Part shown: piece after piece, positions 46,333 to 55,692 of the stretch | Position numbering within the stretch: the first letter of the stretch is position 1 | Layout of the letters: the number at the start of each line of letters is the position of its first letter | Origin: Pseudomonadota bacterium | GTDB taxonomy: Bacteria > Pseudomonadota > Alphaproteobacteria > Rs-D84 | Direction: 5' to 3' | Length of the DNA: 64,000 bases | NCBI GenBank assembly: GCA_023402015.1 | Contig: JAEXCU010000001.1 | Span: 16,652 to 80,651 of the forward strand | Position numbers and translations under genes: made by a program | Notes under the pieces: generated by a model | What the model was told of the DNA's origin: nothing | What the model saw: only the letters and a program-made list of their open reading frames with translations | Databases searched by the model: none

Positions 46333-48606
46333 ATGAATCTGCTTATTGTTGAATCACCGTCCAAAGCGAAAACGATTGAAAAATATCTGGGTGCAGGCTG
46401 GCGCGTTGTGGCGTCTGTTGGACACGTTCGTGATTTGGTTCCGGAAAATGGCAGTGTGGATCCGGAAAATGATTTTGCCATGCGCTGGCAAATTATGCCG
46501 GGCAAAGAAAAGCAATTAAAACTGATAACAGATGAATTAAAAAAGGCCGATGCAGTATATTTGGCATCGGACCCTGACCGCGAGGGTGAAGCCATTGCAT
46601 GGCACATACTGGATATACTGCGTGCCAAAAAGGCACTGGCCGGGAAAAAAGTTTATCGCGTGGCATTTCATGAAATCACCAAAAAGGCCGTTCTGGCTGC
46701 AATTGAAAACCCACGCGAAATTGACCAAGATTTGGTTGACGCATATCTGGTACGGCGCGCGTTGGATTACCTGATTGGTTTTGGTATTTCGCCGTTGTTG
46801 TGGCGTCGGAATTTGGGAAAATCCGCCGGACGCGTGCAATCTGTGGCCGTTAAATTGGTTGTTGACCGCGAACGCGAAATAGAGGCGTTTAAACCAACAG
46901 AATATTGGTCTCTGACGGCCGAGTGTGATGCATCAGATGCGGGTTTTAATGCAAATCTGTCCGGGTTTAATGGCGAAAAGTTCGATAAAATGTCAATCGG
47001 AAACCAGGCCCACATGAACCAGATTTTGTCCGTTATCGGCGAACCGGTAATCCCGGCGCATGTTATTGCCATTGACAAGAAAAAAACATCACGTCGTGCG
47101 GCCGCGCCTTTCACCACCAGCACTTTGCAGCAAGAGGCCGCCCGAAAATTATACTTTTCGTCCAAACGTACAATGTCGGCCGCCCAGAAATTATATGAAC
47201 AGGGTTTAATAACATACATGCGAACCGACGCAACAAATTTGTCTGCGGATGCGGTTTCTGAAATTCGTTCATATATCGCGGCGACATATGGGGATAAATT
47301 CGTTCCAAAATCACCAAACGTTTATATTACAAAATCTAAAAATGCCCAAGAAGCGCACGAGGCCATTCGTCCCACACACTTCGTCGGGACGGAACACACC
47401 CTGACCGGGGACGAGGCAAAATTGTACGACCTGATATGGAAACGCACAATTGCATGCCAGATGACAAATGCAGAATTTGACAGTGTCGCCACAGATATTC
47501 AGACAGATAATAAAACCGCCATTTTCCATGCGGTTGGCACCACACGCACATTTGACGGATTTATGCGCGTTTATACCGAAGACAAAGATGATGACACATC
47601 ATCGGGTGAATCTAAATTACCACCATTGGTCGTGGGCCAGGAAATAAATATTACCAAACTGACCCCGGAACAGCATTTCACCCAACCACCCGCCCGTTAT
47701 ACCGAGGCATCTTTGGTAAAAAAACTGGAAGAATTGGGAATCGGCCGACCGTCAACATACGCAACAATTATGTCCACCATTGTTGACAGAAAATATGTGG
47801 AACAGGATAAACAGCGCCGTTTTCACCCGACGCCCGGCGGATGGGTTATTGCATCATACCTGGCGACATATTTCAAAGATTTGGTTGATGTAAACTTTAC
47901 CGCAAAAACCGAAGACACCCTGGACGATGTATCCAACGGGAAACAGGAAAAATTGGCCGCATTGCGCGATTTCTGGGGGCCGACGGAAAATATGATAAAT
48001 GGCGCGCGCAATATAAAAACGACCGAGATTATAAATGCCATAAATGAATTAATGCATGCGCACCTGTTTGCAGACGGTGATAATAAATGTCCGAAATGTG
48101 GTGGAAAACTGGGGATAAAACTGTCCAAATATGGCGCATTTATCGGATGTGAAAATTATCCGACATGCAATTATACACAACGTTTGGATTCAGACGCGGC
48201 GGCAACAACTGATGCAGAACCGGATGAAAATGCGGGCGCAAAAAAATCGCCCACCACGGTTGATCTGGGCGACGGAATTTCTTTCCGGATTGGTCGCTTT
48301 GGCCCATATATTACCGACGGCAAAAAAAATGTTGCGGCCAAGAAATATAATGCAGATACAATCACATTGGAAATTGCGCGCGAATTATTGGCCGGTGGCG
48401 CGCAAAAGCCAGACCCAATTGAAATCGGTGAAAATCCGGCAACCGGAAAAATGATTTATTATTATCCAACCGGCCGGTATGGCGCATATATTTCATCAAA
48501 CAAGGTAAATGTTTCCGTCAAAGAACAACCCGATTTGGAAACGGCCGCTGACCTGATAAATAATAAAAAACCGTCCACACGCCGCGGATTTGCGAAAAAG
48601 AAATAA
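46333..48606 (+). CDS. topA: DNA topoisomerase I
   Basis: MNLLIVESPSKAKTIEKYLG (Toprim), catalytic region ITYMRTD, and C-terminal Zn ribbons (CPKCGG...CENYPTC). Confidence 0.95.
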   Translation: MNLLIVESPSKAKTIEKYLGAGWRVVASVGHVRDLVPENGSVDPENDFAMRWQIMPGKEKQLKLITDELKKADAVYLASDPDREGEAIAWHILDILRAKKALAGKKVYRVAFHEITKKAVLAAIENPREIDQDLVDAYLVRRALDYLIGFGISPLLWRRNLGKSAGRVQSVAVKLVVDREREIEAFKPTEYWSLTAECDASDAGFNANLSGFNGEKFDKMSIGNQAHMNQILSVIGEPVIPAHVIAIDKKKTSRRAAAPFTTSTLQQEAARKLYFSSKRTMSAAQKLYEQGLITYMRTDATNLSADAVSEIRSYIAATYGDKFVPKSPNVYITKSKNAQEAHEAIRPTHFVGTEHTLTGDEAKLYDLIWKRTIACQMTNAEFDSVATDIQTDNKTAIFHAVGTTRTFDGFMRVYTEDKDDDTSSGESKLPPLVVGQEINITKLTPEQHFTQPPARYTEASLVKKLEELGIGRPSTYATIMSTIVDRKYVEQDKQRRFHPTPGGWVIASYLATYFKDLVDVNFTAKTEDTLDDVSNGKQEKLAALRDFWGPTENMINGARNIKTTEIINAINELMHAHLFADGDNKCPKCGGKLGIKLSKYGAFIGCENYPTCNYTQRLDSDAAATTDAEPDENAGAKKSPTTVDLGDGISFRIGRFGPYITDGKKNVAAKKYNADTITLEIARELLAGGAQKPDPIEIGENPATGKMIYYYPTGRYGAYISSNKVNVSVKEQPDLETAADLINNKKPSTRRGFAKKK

Positions 48607-50222
48607 TGGCATCATATGACCGCAATTTTACCGATGAACTGCGTACACGATTATCAATCGTGGATGTTGTTGGGCGGCGCGTACCATTGACCAAAAAGGG
48701 ACAAAACTATTGGGGATGTTGTCCATTTCATAATGAAAAAACGGCCAGTTTTTCTGTTAACGAAGAAAAGGGATTTTACCATTGTTTTGGATGTGGTGAA
48801 CATGGCGACATAATTTCTTTTACCATGAAATCAAACAACATTGATTTCAAGGCGGCAATTGCAGACCTGGCAAATCAGGCCGGGTTAAAAATGCCGGATT
48901 ATCATCCAAAACCCGCCGCGCAAATCGCGCGTGAAGAAAACTATTACCAAATCGCCGCGGCCGCCGCCAAATTATATCAGCAAAAATTATTTACCCCTGA
49001 TGGCGCGGTTGCATTGGATTATATTCGTCGCCGTGGTTTCAGCGATGAAATGATAAAAAAATATGGTTTGGGATATGCGCCCAAGGGAAACGTTATTGCA
49101 AACAAATTTGCAAACACCAAACAGGAAACTTTATTGGCGACCGGGCTGTGCCGGCGCGGCGATTACGGAATGTATGATTTCTTTCGCGATAAATTAATGT
49201 TTCCGATTTTTAATGCCCACGGCCAGGTTGTTGCATTTTCCGGACGCAGTCTGGACGGCAGTGAACCCAAATACATTAATACCAGTGATACAGAACTGTT
49301 TCACAAACGACAAACAATTTTCGGATTTAACTTTGCCCGCGATGCCATTCACCGTGCCAACCGCAGTATTATCGTTGAAGGTCAGATTGATGCCATTCAA
49401 ATGCAAATGAATGGTTTTCCTGAAACCGTCGCACCATTGGGTACGGCATTAACCGAAGACCATATTGCAATCCTGTGCAAGGCCAACCGCAACATAACAT
49501 TTTGTTTTGACGGCGACGGGGCGGGTCAAAAGGCCGCGGCACGCGCGGCGGATATTGTATTGCCGTTTGTTCGTGATAATTCTGATATTCGTTTTGCATT
49601 TGTCAGTGGCGGCAAAGACCCTGACGAGGTTTTAAAATCCGGCGGCGTGGATGCCATGCAAAAAATTATAAATGATGCAACACCACTGGTTGATTTCATT
49701 TGGGATTTGGCAAATAAGAATTATATTGTTGCAACACCCGGCGGCCGGACCCAGGCAGAAAAATTTCTGAAAAATAAAACCGAAAAAATCGCCGACCCAG
49801 ACCTGCGTCGCGAATACGAACAAGAATATAATTCACGCAAATTCAACCAATGGCACAAATGGAAAAAAGATAATAAAAAAGACGCGCCCGTCGTACCACA
49901 AATTGATGACCTGACGCAAAATACACTGGTATTTATAACCAATAAATTCCCTGAAATCGCGGAAAGATATGCGGATTTCCTGGCGACACTGAATATTTCT
50001 TTTGACGGTGTGGCACCGGAATTAAACCTGGACCTGCGTGGTGCGGAAAAATATATCGTGTCATTAAAATTACAAAAATATTTGCAAAAATTGCAGGCCC
50101 AGAAAAAAGAATTAATGACACAAATGTTATCCGGGGATTCTGACGCGGGGGAAAAATTGGCAAAAATAAACCAAGAAATCGTGCGCGCCACCGAAAAATT
50201 AGACCAATTAATTGCAATTTAA
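48606..50222 (+). CDS. dnaG: DNA primase
   Basis: Zinc finger CPFHNEKTASFSVNEEKGFYHCFGCGEHGD and Toprim domain IIVEGQIDAI. Confidence 0.94.
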   Translation: MASYDRNFTDELRTRLSIVDVVGRRVPLTKKGQNYWGCCPFHNEKTASFSVNEEKGFYHCFGCGEHGDIISFTMKSNNIDFKAAIADLANQAGLKMPDYHPKPAAQIAREENYYQIAAAAAKLYQQKLFTPDGAVALDYIRRRGFSDEMIKKYGLGYAPKGNVIANKFANTKQETLLATGLCRRGDYGMYDFFRDKLMFPIFNAHGQVVAFSGRSLDGSEPKYINTSDTELFHKRQTIFGFNFARDAIHRANRSIIVEGQIDAIQMQMNGFPETVAPLGTALTEDHIAILCKANRNITFCFDGDGAGQKAAARAADIVLPFVRDNSDIRFAFVSGGKDPDEVLKSGGVDAMQKIINDATPLVDFIWDLANKNYIVATPGGRTQAEKFLKNKTEKIADPDLRREYEQEYNSRKFNQWHKWKKDNKKDAPVVPQIDDLTQNTLVFITNKFPEIAERYADFLATLNISFDGVAPELNLDLRGAEKYIVSLKLQKYLQKLQAQKKELMTQMLSGDSDAGEKLAKINQEIVRATEKLDQLIAI

Positions 50223-50236
50223 AAAACAAAGAAAAA

Positions 50237-50259
50237 GCCGGCAAATGCCGGCCTTTTTT
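50237..50259. terminator. terminator GCCGGC-AAAT-GCCGGC
   Basis: Flanked by A5 and T6, between convergent dnaG and ychF. Confidence 0.8.
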
Positions 50260-50263
50260 ATTA

Positions 50264-51343
50264 TTAATTATTAAACAGGAAATGACAGATATCACCTTCT
50301 TGCATAACGTAATCTTTACCAACCAGGCGCATTTTTCCGGCCTCTTTTACGGCAACTTCACCGCCCAGCGCAATGTAATCCGCCGGCGATATTATTTCGG
50401 CGCGAATAAATCCGCGTTCAAAATCGGTATGAATTTTACCTGCCGCCTGGGGCGCGGTCATGCCCCGTGTTATTGTCCATGCGTGCGCCTCTTTGGGACC
50501 AACGGTATAAAACGTTTGCAGCCCCAATGTTGCGTATCCTGTTCTGATAACCTGGTCCAGGCCGGATTCTGTCAGGCCCAATTCGTTTAAAAACATTTTA
50601 CGTTCCGCAACATCAACAATTTGCGAAATTTCCATTTCAATTTTGGACGAAATAACCAGAACCGGATGTTTATCGCCAAATTTTTCACGCACCATATCTG
50701 AATATTTATTTCCTGTGGCGGCCGATGCCTCTTCTACATTACAGACATAAATAACCGGTTTTGCGGTTAGCAAATTAAACGGCAATGCGTCTGTTTCCTG
50801 GGCCCGGGCGGGAATTCCCTGTTCCAGGCCAGATTTTATTTTCATTGCATCGGCCAGCAATCGCGCCGCATCCTTGTCCAGACCGCGTGCCTTTTTTTCC
50901 AGGTTTTTAATCTGCTTATCCAGGCTTTCTATATCCGCCAGCATTAATTCTGTTTCAATGGTGTCAATATCAGATAATGGATCAATACGGCCGTTAACAT
51001 GAACAATATCATCATTTTCAAAGCACCGGACAACGTGAATAATCGCATCTGTTGCCAATATATTGCCCAGAAATTTATTTCCCAATCCTTCGCCCGCAGA
51101 TGCGCCACGCACCAGGCCAGCAATATCCACAATTTCCAATTGGGTTGGTATAATTTTTTGGGAATTATCAACCGCCGCCAATTGCATTAATGTATCATCG
51201 GGCACCACCACACGTCCGGTATTTGGTTCAATGGTGCAAAATGGATAATTTTGCGCGTCCGCCGCCGCACTTTGTGTCAGTGCATTAAACAATGTTGATT
51301 TTCCAACATTGGGCAAACCAACAATTCCACAATTGAATCCCAT
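50264..51343 (-). CDS. ychF: redox-regulated ribosome-binding ATPase YchF
   Basis: MGFNCGIVGLPNVGKSTLFNALT and a C-terminal TGS-like domain. Confidence 0.94.
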   Translation of the reverse strand: MGFNCGIVGLPNVGKSTLFNALTQSAAADAQNYPFCTIEPNTGRVVVPDDTLMQLAAVDNSQKIIPTQLEIVDIAGLVRGASAGEGLGNKFLGNILATDAIIHVVRCFENDDIVHVNGRIDPLSDIDTIETELMLADIESLDKQIKNLEKKARGLDKDAARLLADAMKIKSGLEQGIPARAQETDALPFNLLTAKPVIYVCNVEEASAATGNKYSDMVREKFGDKHPVLVISSKIEMEISQIVDVAERKMFLNELGLTESGLDQVIRTGYATLGLQTFYTVGPKEAHAWTITRGMTAPQAAGKIHTDFERGFIRAEIISPADYIALGGEVAVKEAGKMRLVGKDYVMQEGDICHFLFNN

Positions 51344-51370
51344 TCGTTTTTCCTTTATAATGCGATTAAT

Positions 51371-52051
51371 ATGTCATACATGTGGCAAGAATTCAATATA
51401 AAAACCTTTGCCGCGGAAACCATTGTTTACCGCGATGGTGTGTATTGCCCGGAATTGTCAACATTGCCGTCCGACGAAATAGGCAAAAAATATGACCAAC
51501 CTGTTCATATTATATATGTGGGTGAAATCACAGGCCAAAATGATTTAAATATTAATATATCCGCAGACAACCAACCGGTATTTTTAAGTGTAAATGTAAA
51601 AAATAAAAAGCCGGCCTTTTTGAACATTTTTATCAAAAACACCGGGAAAAATTCTGAATTACGCGGTCATGTTATGTTAACAAATTATGATAATTTAACA
51701 TACAATTGCACCGCCGCGCATTCTGCATCAGATACCGGAATTTTGATAAAAACAAAATTATTGGCCGAAGATAACAGCATCAGTAAATTATCGGGCACCG
51801 CAGTTATCAATAAAAATTTGCAGAATGCGGTATCAGATATTGGATTTTCCGCATTGGCGGCAAAAAATGCAAAAATAACGTTTGTGCCTGCACAAAGAAT
51901 ATCATCCGTTCCCACCGCCGCAGACCACAGTGCCGCCATATATCATGCCACACAAATGCAGACACAATATTTACGCCAGGCGGGTCTGACCGGGGACGAG
52001 GTGGCCACCGCCATGCGCGACGCATTTATGAACGATTTTCCATTGTTTTAA
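51371..52051 (+). CDS. short SufB/SufD-family protein (orphan)
   Basis: 226 aa. The C-terminal ...AADHSAAIYHATQMQTQYLRQAGLTGDEVATAMRDAF parallels the SufD/SufB C-terminal motif (A.H.A..G......FYL..RG....A...L...F). No sufBCS genes are adjacent. Confidence 0.55.
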   Translation: MSYMWQEFNIKTFAAETIVYRDGVYCPELSTLPSDEIGKKYDQPVHIIYVGEITGQNDLNINISADNQPVFLSVNVKNKKPAFLNIFIKNTGKNSELRGHVMLTNYDNLTYNCTAAHSASDTGILIKTKLLAEDNSISKLSGTAVINKNLQNAVSDIGFSALAAKNAKITFVPAQRISSVPTAADHSAAIYHATQMQTQYLRQAGLTGDEVATAMRDAFMNDFPLF

Positions 52052-52059
52052 CAGTTAAA

Positions 52060-52467
52060 ATGAAAAATATATCTTATTTGGTTTTATGTTTATTACTGTG
52101 CTCGTGTAAAACGCAAACATATAATTGTTATGCCCTGGATTGGGATACGGTTGCAATGCACGATGTGCCACAACCAATGTTGTATATAAAAAATGATTGG
52201 AAAAATATAGATAAACACCAGGCCAAGCAGACCTTTCAAGAACATATGAATAAACAATGCCGCGAAAATCCAGATATTGGATACCATTGCGAAGAAAAAA
52301 CAGCAAATTCTTTTGTTCCGGTGTATAAAAACATTATGAGTTCCGGCACCAGCAGTATGTTTTGTATCCCGCTGAACCGTGATATGAACGGGATGGCTGA
52401 AAAATATGTAAACGAAGAAATAGAAATATATTCGGGCGCAAAAACATTATTTCCGTTTGATGAATAA
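52060..52467 (+). CDS. putative lipoprotein, hypothetical
   Basis: MKNISYLVLCLLLCSCK is a signal peptide with a lipobox-like LCSC. 135 aa with several Cys. No recognizable family. Confidence 0.5.
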   Translation: MKNISYLVLCLLLCSCKTQTYNCYALDWDTVAMHDVPQPMLYIKNDWKNIDKHQAKQTFQEHMNKQCRENPDIGYHCEEKTANSFVPVYKNIMSSGTSSMFCIPLNRDMNGMAEKYVNEEIEIYSGAKTLFPFDE

Positions 52468-52526
52468 AAAAAATGTTCCGGACAATCGCCACGGAACATA
52501 AAAAACTATAAGCCAGCAGGGCAGAC

Positions 52527-52661
52527 TTATTTTTTCTTAAAGCCCTGTTTCGCCTTGAACTTAGGATTATCAGGGTCAATTAAAATAACCTGTTTTCCAC
52601 GACGGATTTGTTTTACATTTCCACGTTTCTTCCAAGCCTTTAATGAACTTAAAAATTTCAT
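52527..52661 (-). CDS. rpmJ: 50S ribosomal protein L36 (cysteine-free type)
   Basis: MKFLSSLKAWKKRGNVKQIRRGKQVILIDPDNPKFKAKQGFKKK. AGGA SD and a consensus promoter upstream, with a terminator hairpin at 52476-52502. Absent from the ORF track because it is under 60 aa. Confidence 0.85.
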   Translation of the reverse strand: MKFLSSLKAWKKRGNVKQIRRGKQVILIDPDNPKFKAKQGFKKK

Positions 52662-52684
52662 GTCTAAATCCTTTTTGCTTGGCC

Positions 52685-52712
52685 ATTATAAACGCTTTTT
52701 GTAAAAAATCAA
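52685..52712 (-). promoter_or_regulatory. sigma70-like promoter of rpmJ
   Basis: Minus strand TTGATT (52712-52707), 16 nt spacer, TATAAT (52690-52685). Confidence 0.55.
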
Positions 52713-52757
52713 ATACTTATTAATATTTTTGTTGTTTTAATAGGGGCTGTTGGTTTT

Positions 52758-52942
52758 GTTGAAAACGGTTATTAATTTTTTATCAACAGGTTTTCAACAA
52801 TTTTTTGCCAGATTTACCGGTGTTTTTATGAAATTGTTGAAAAAACACGTAAATAATTAACAGTTGAAAAAGCAGTTGTTTTTAAACAATTTTAACAAAA
52901 ATTGTAATTTGCTTTTTATACTTGTTGAAAACTGTTGAAATT
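52758..52942. repeat. array of six GTTGAAA(A/C)-type motifs (five direct, one inverted) upstream of virB3
   Basis: GTTGAAAAC at 52758, the inverted GTTTTCAAC at 52790, GTTGAAAAA at 52836 and 52863, GTTGAAAAC at 52924, and GTTGAAATT at 52934. A TATAAT lies at 52946-52951. Confidence 0.6.
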
Positions 52943-52977
52943 GTTATAATTCAAGCACCAGGGGGGAATTCATTATA

Positions 52978-53274
52978 ATGAAACAGCAAGTACTGAAAGC
53001 ATTGGCCAATCCGGCGCGCATATTTTATGTGCCGTACACGTTGGCAGTGATAAATTTTGCGGTTCAGTTTATAATTTTTATAACGATTTTCCTGTCAGTG
53101 TTAATAATTACCCGCGGCCGTGAAAGTGTAAATCCATTGTATTTTATTATTTCTGTGGTCGTGGTGCATATGATTTTGGCGGCTTTTTCCAAGAAAGAAC
53201 CGCAACTGGGGCAAATAATTGCGGCAAAAATACAATTATTAAAACAAAAAATCCCGGGGAGATTGGCGGCATAA
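52978..53274 (+). CDS. virB3: type IV secretion system protein VirB3
   Basis: 98 aa with LANPARIFYVPYTLAVINF plus two TM segments. The stop lies 1 nt before the virB4 ATG. GGGGGG SD. Confidence 0.75.
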   Translation: MKQQVLKALANPARIFYVPYTLAVINFAVQFIIFITIFLSVLIITRGRESVNPLYFIISVVVVHMILAAFSKKEPQLGQIIAAKIQLLKQKIPGRLAA

Positions 53275-53275
53275 A

Positions 53276-55690
53276 ATGAACGGCTTTTTTGAATATTTTG
53301 CAGGCAGTGGTTTTCCAATAACATTGGTCATTTTGGCAATGGCCGTGGTTTTTATTTTTGTTGTTTTGATGATTTATATCCCGGTATTAACACGCCGTAT
53401 TTTTCCAAAATTTGGATACAAGCGTTATTCCCAATATATTCCGTTTCAAACGGTTTATAATGATAATTCCATTGGCCTGACCGATGGCAGTTTGGTGCGA
53501 GTTTACAGTGTCGCCGGTGTTCAAACCAGTATGCAGGACGGCCCCACCCGCGAAAAGTTCTTGGATTTGCGGACACAATTATTTAATCAAATTCGGGACC
53601 CGAATGTGGTGCTGCGTTTCTTTATGACCCGTGATGCGGCGGACGAAAATACAGATTATGAATTTGACCAACCGGTTTTACAGGCAATTTACGATAAATG
53701 GAAATCCCAGGGTTTGCGCATATTTTTAAATAATTATTATATTGTTTTAACCGTATCTGGGGGTGGGGCGCGCGATAAATTAAATCAATACGGCAACTAT
53801 ATTGAATCCATCCTGGCCGCGTATCAACCGCGCGTTTTGCGCAATGACAGTCCGAACAACATGGCGAAATTCTTTGGTCGGATTTTATCGCCCATTACAA
53901 AACCAGCGCCAATTGTTTGCGATTCAAAAATTGCCCAATTGGCAACGGTTGATGATGTTGATTTTATGAAAAATGGATTGGTGCGTTATACATCCGGGGC
54001 CGATCAATCATTCGCGGCATTGGTATCATTTAAAATGTCGCCAGATTATTTGGATGAAGATTTCTTTAATGCGATTTCCACCATTCAAACAGAAATGATT
54101 TGCATGAACGCATTTCGCATAATGGGCGCGGCCGACGTTGAAATGGTCATACGCCAGCGCCAGGCAACCGCCGAGGAAAACGCAACATCAACCGAAGAAC
54201 AAATTTCTGCGGCGCAAAGTGCCATGGACGAAAATGTATCTGGGAATCAAAGTTTGGTAAATTATTACCCATTATTTATTCTGTTTGGCGCCAGTGAAGA
54301 TGAATTGGAAAAATATGTTGCGGAATTCAAAAAGATTGCCGCATCATATGGTGTATCCCCAATTGTTGAAAATTTTGCGTCCAAGGTTTCTTGGTTTTCA
54401 CAAATACCGGGATTTGACGTTTTTCCACGCAGTTTTAAAATGCTGTCGCGTACCGCCGCAATCAGTATTCCGATGTCCAGCACGCCGCGTGGCATCACAA
54501 ATTCCGACTGGGGCCCGGGACCATTGGTCGTATTTCCAACCGCCCAGGGAACACCGTACCAGTTTCAATTCCATGTATCTGATAAACCGGCGGCCGTGGG
54601 ACATACGTTAACAATTGGACCAACCGGTGGTGGTAAAACCACATTGTTCAGTTTCCTGATTGCGCAATCTTTGCGTCATCCGAAATTAAAGGCATTCTTT
54701 TTTGACCGCAACAAAGGTGCGGAAATATTCACCCTGGCGGTGGGTGGAAAATACATCACCATGCAGGGCAAAGAAAAAGACCCGTTGGCGGCCACATTCC
54801 AAACACATCTGAATCCATTAAAAATGTCTGATACGGCGTCCAACCGCGCATTTTTGCGCAGGTGGTTTGCAATGATAACGGGGCAATCAGACCCATTTTC
54901 CATGGATGAAATCGCGCGCGCGGTATCGGTTAATTACGATTATCTGCCGGAAAAAGACAGATTGTTGAAAAATTTATGGGAAAGTTGTTTTTCTTCTGCG
55001 GGCAATATGCGACCGGCATTAAAAAAATGGGTTGATCCGTTGCAGTATGGCGACATATTCAATGAAACGTCCGATACGTTGGATTTACAGGCCAGATTGA
55101 CCACATTTGATTTTACAGAAATTCTGCAAGATGAAGTTCTGGCCCCGGCCGTTATTTCATATATTTTGCACAGAATTAACACAACAACCGTATCGGGTGG
55201 GAATCCGTCGCTGATTATGATTGACGAAACGGCGCCAATGTTGGAAAACAAAATGTTTCGCGACAATTTTATAACCGGTCTGCAAGAAGGACGTAAAAAC
55301 CGCCAGGCATACATGGTTGCATTCCAGCGTGCAAATGTTTTGGATAAATTGGGTATTGGCGATGTTGTCCGCGGCCAGGCCCAAACGGTTCTGTTTTTCC
55401 GCAATCCGGCGGCGGATGCCAACGATTATGCGCATTGGAATTTAAATCCGTTGGAAATGGCATTTATTCAGGGCAAGGCATATCCGAACCTGAAACGCGC
55501 GGTATTGTTATCGCGGCCTGTTAATGGTGAATCTGTTATTTTAAATACGGAATTGGGTGGATTGGGTAATTTGTTGCATTTGTTTGAATCTGGCCGTTCG
55601 TCTGTTTTATTGGCCGAAGAATTATATAAACAATATGGCACCAGTTTTGTTTCAGAATACCTGAAAAAAACCAGTTCAAATAAAATATAA
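53276..55690 (+). CDS. virB4: type IV secretion system ATPase VirB4
   Basis: 804 aa with Walker A GPTGGGKTTL and Walker B LIMIDETAPML (CagE/TrbE/VirB4 family layout). Confidence 0.92.
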   Translation: MNGFFEYFAGSGFPITLVILAMAVVFIFVVLMIYIPVLTRRIFPKFGYKRYSQYIPFQTVYNDNSIGLTDGSLVRVYSVAGVQTSMQDGPTREKFLDLRTQLFNQIRDPNVVLRFFMTRDAADENTDYEFDQPVLQAIYDKWKSQGLRIFLNNYYIVLTVSGGGARDKLNQYGNYIESILAAYQPRVLRNDSPNNMAKFFGRILSPITKPAPIVCDSKIAQLATVDDVDFMKNGLVRYTSGADQSFAALVSFKMSPDYLDEDFFNAISTIQTEMICMNAFRIMGAADVEMVIRQRQATAEENATSTEEQISAAQSAMDENVSGNQSLVNYYPLFILFGASEDELEKYVAEFKKIAASYGVSPIVENFASKVSWFSQIPGFDVFPRSFKMLSRTAAISIPMSSTPRGITNSDWGPGPLVVFPTAQGTPYQFQFHVSDKPAAVGHTLTIGPTGGGKTTLFSFLIAQSLRHPKLKAFFFDRNKGAEIFTLAVGGKYITMQGKEKDPLAATFQTHLNPLKMSDTASNRAFLRRWFAMITGQSDPFSMDEIARAVSVNYDYLPEKDRLLKNLWESCFSSAGNMRPALKKWVDPLQYGDIFNETSDTLDLQARLTTFDFTEILQDEVLAPAVISYILHRINTTTVSGGNPSLIMIDETAPMLENKMFRDNFITGLQEGRKNRQAYMVAFQRANVLDKLGIGDVVRGQAQTVLFFRNPAADANDYAHWNLNPLEMAFIQGKAYPNLKRAVLLSRPVNGESVILNTELGGLGNLLHLFESGRSSVLLAEELYKQYGTSFVSEYLKKTSSNKI

Positions 55691-55692
55691 AT

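Noticed and set aside
52720-52951. Chromosomal replication origin in the rpmJ/virB3 intergenic region
   Set aside because: Only one DnaA-box-like 9-mer (TTATCAACA) is present. There is no cluster of boxes, no clear CtrA TTAA-N7-TTAA pairs and no flanking dnaA or hemE. The repeated GTTGAAAA motif is better explained as an operator array.
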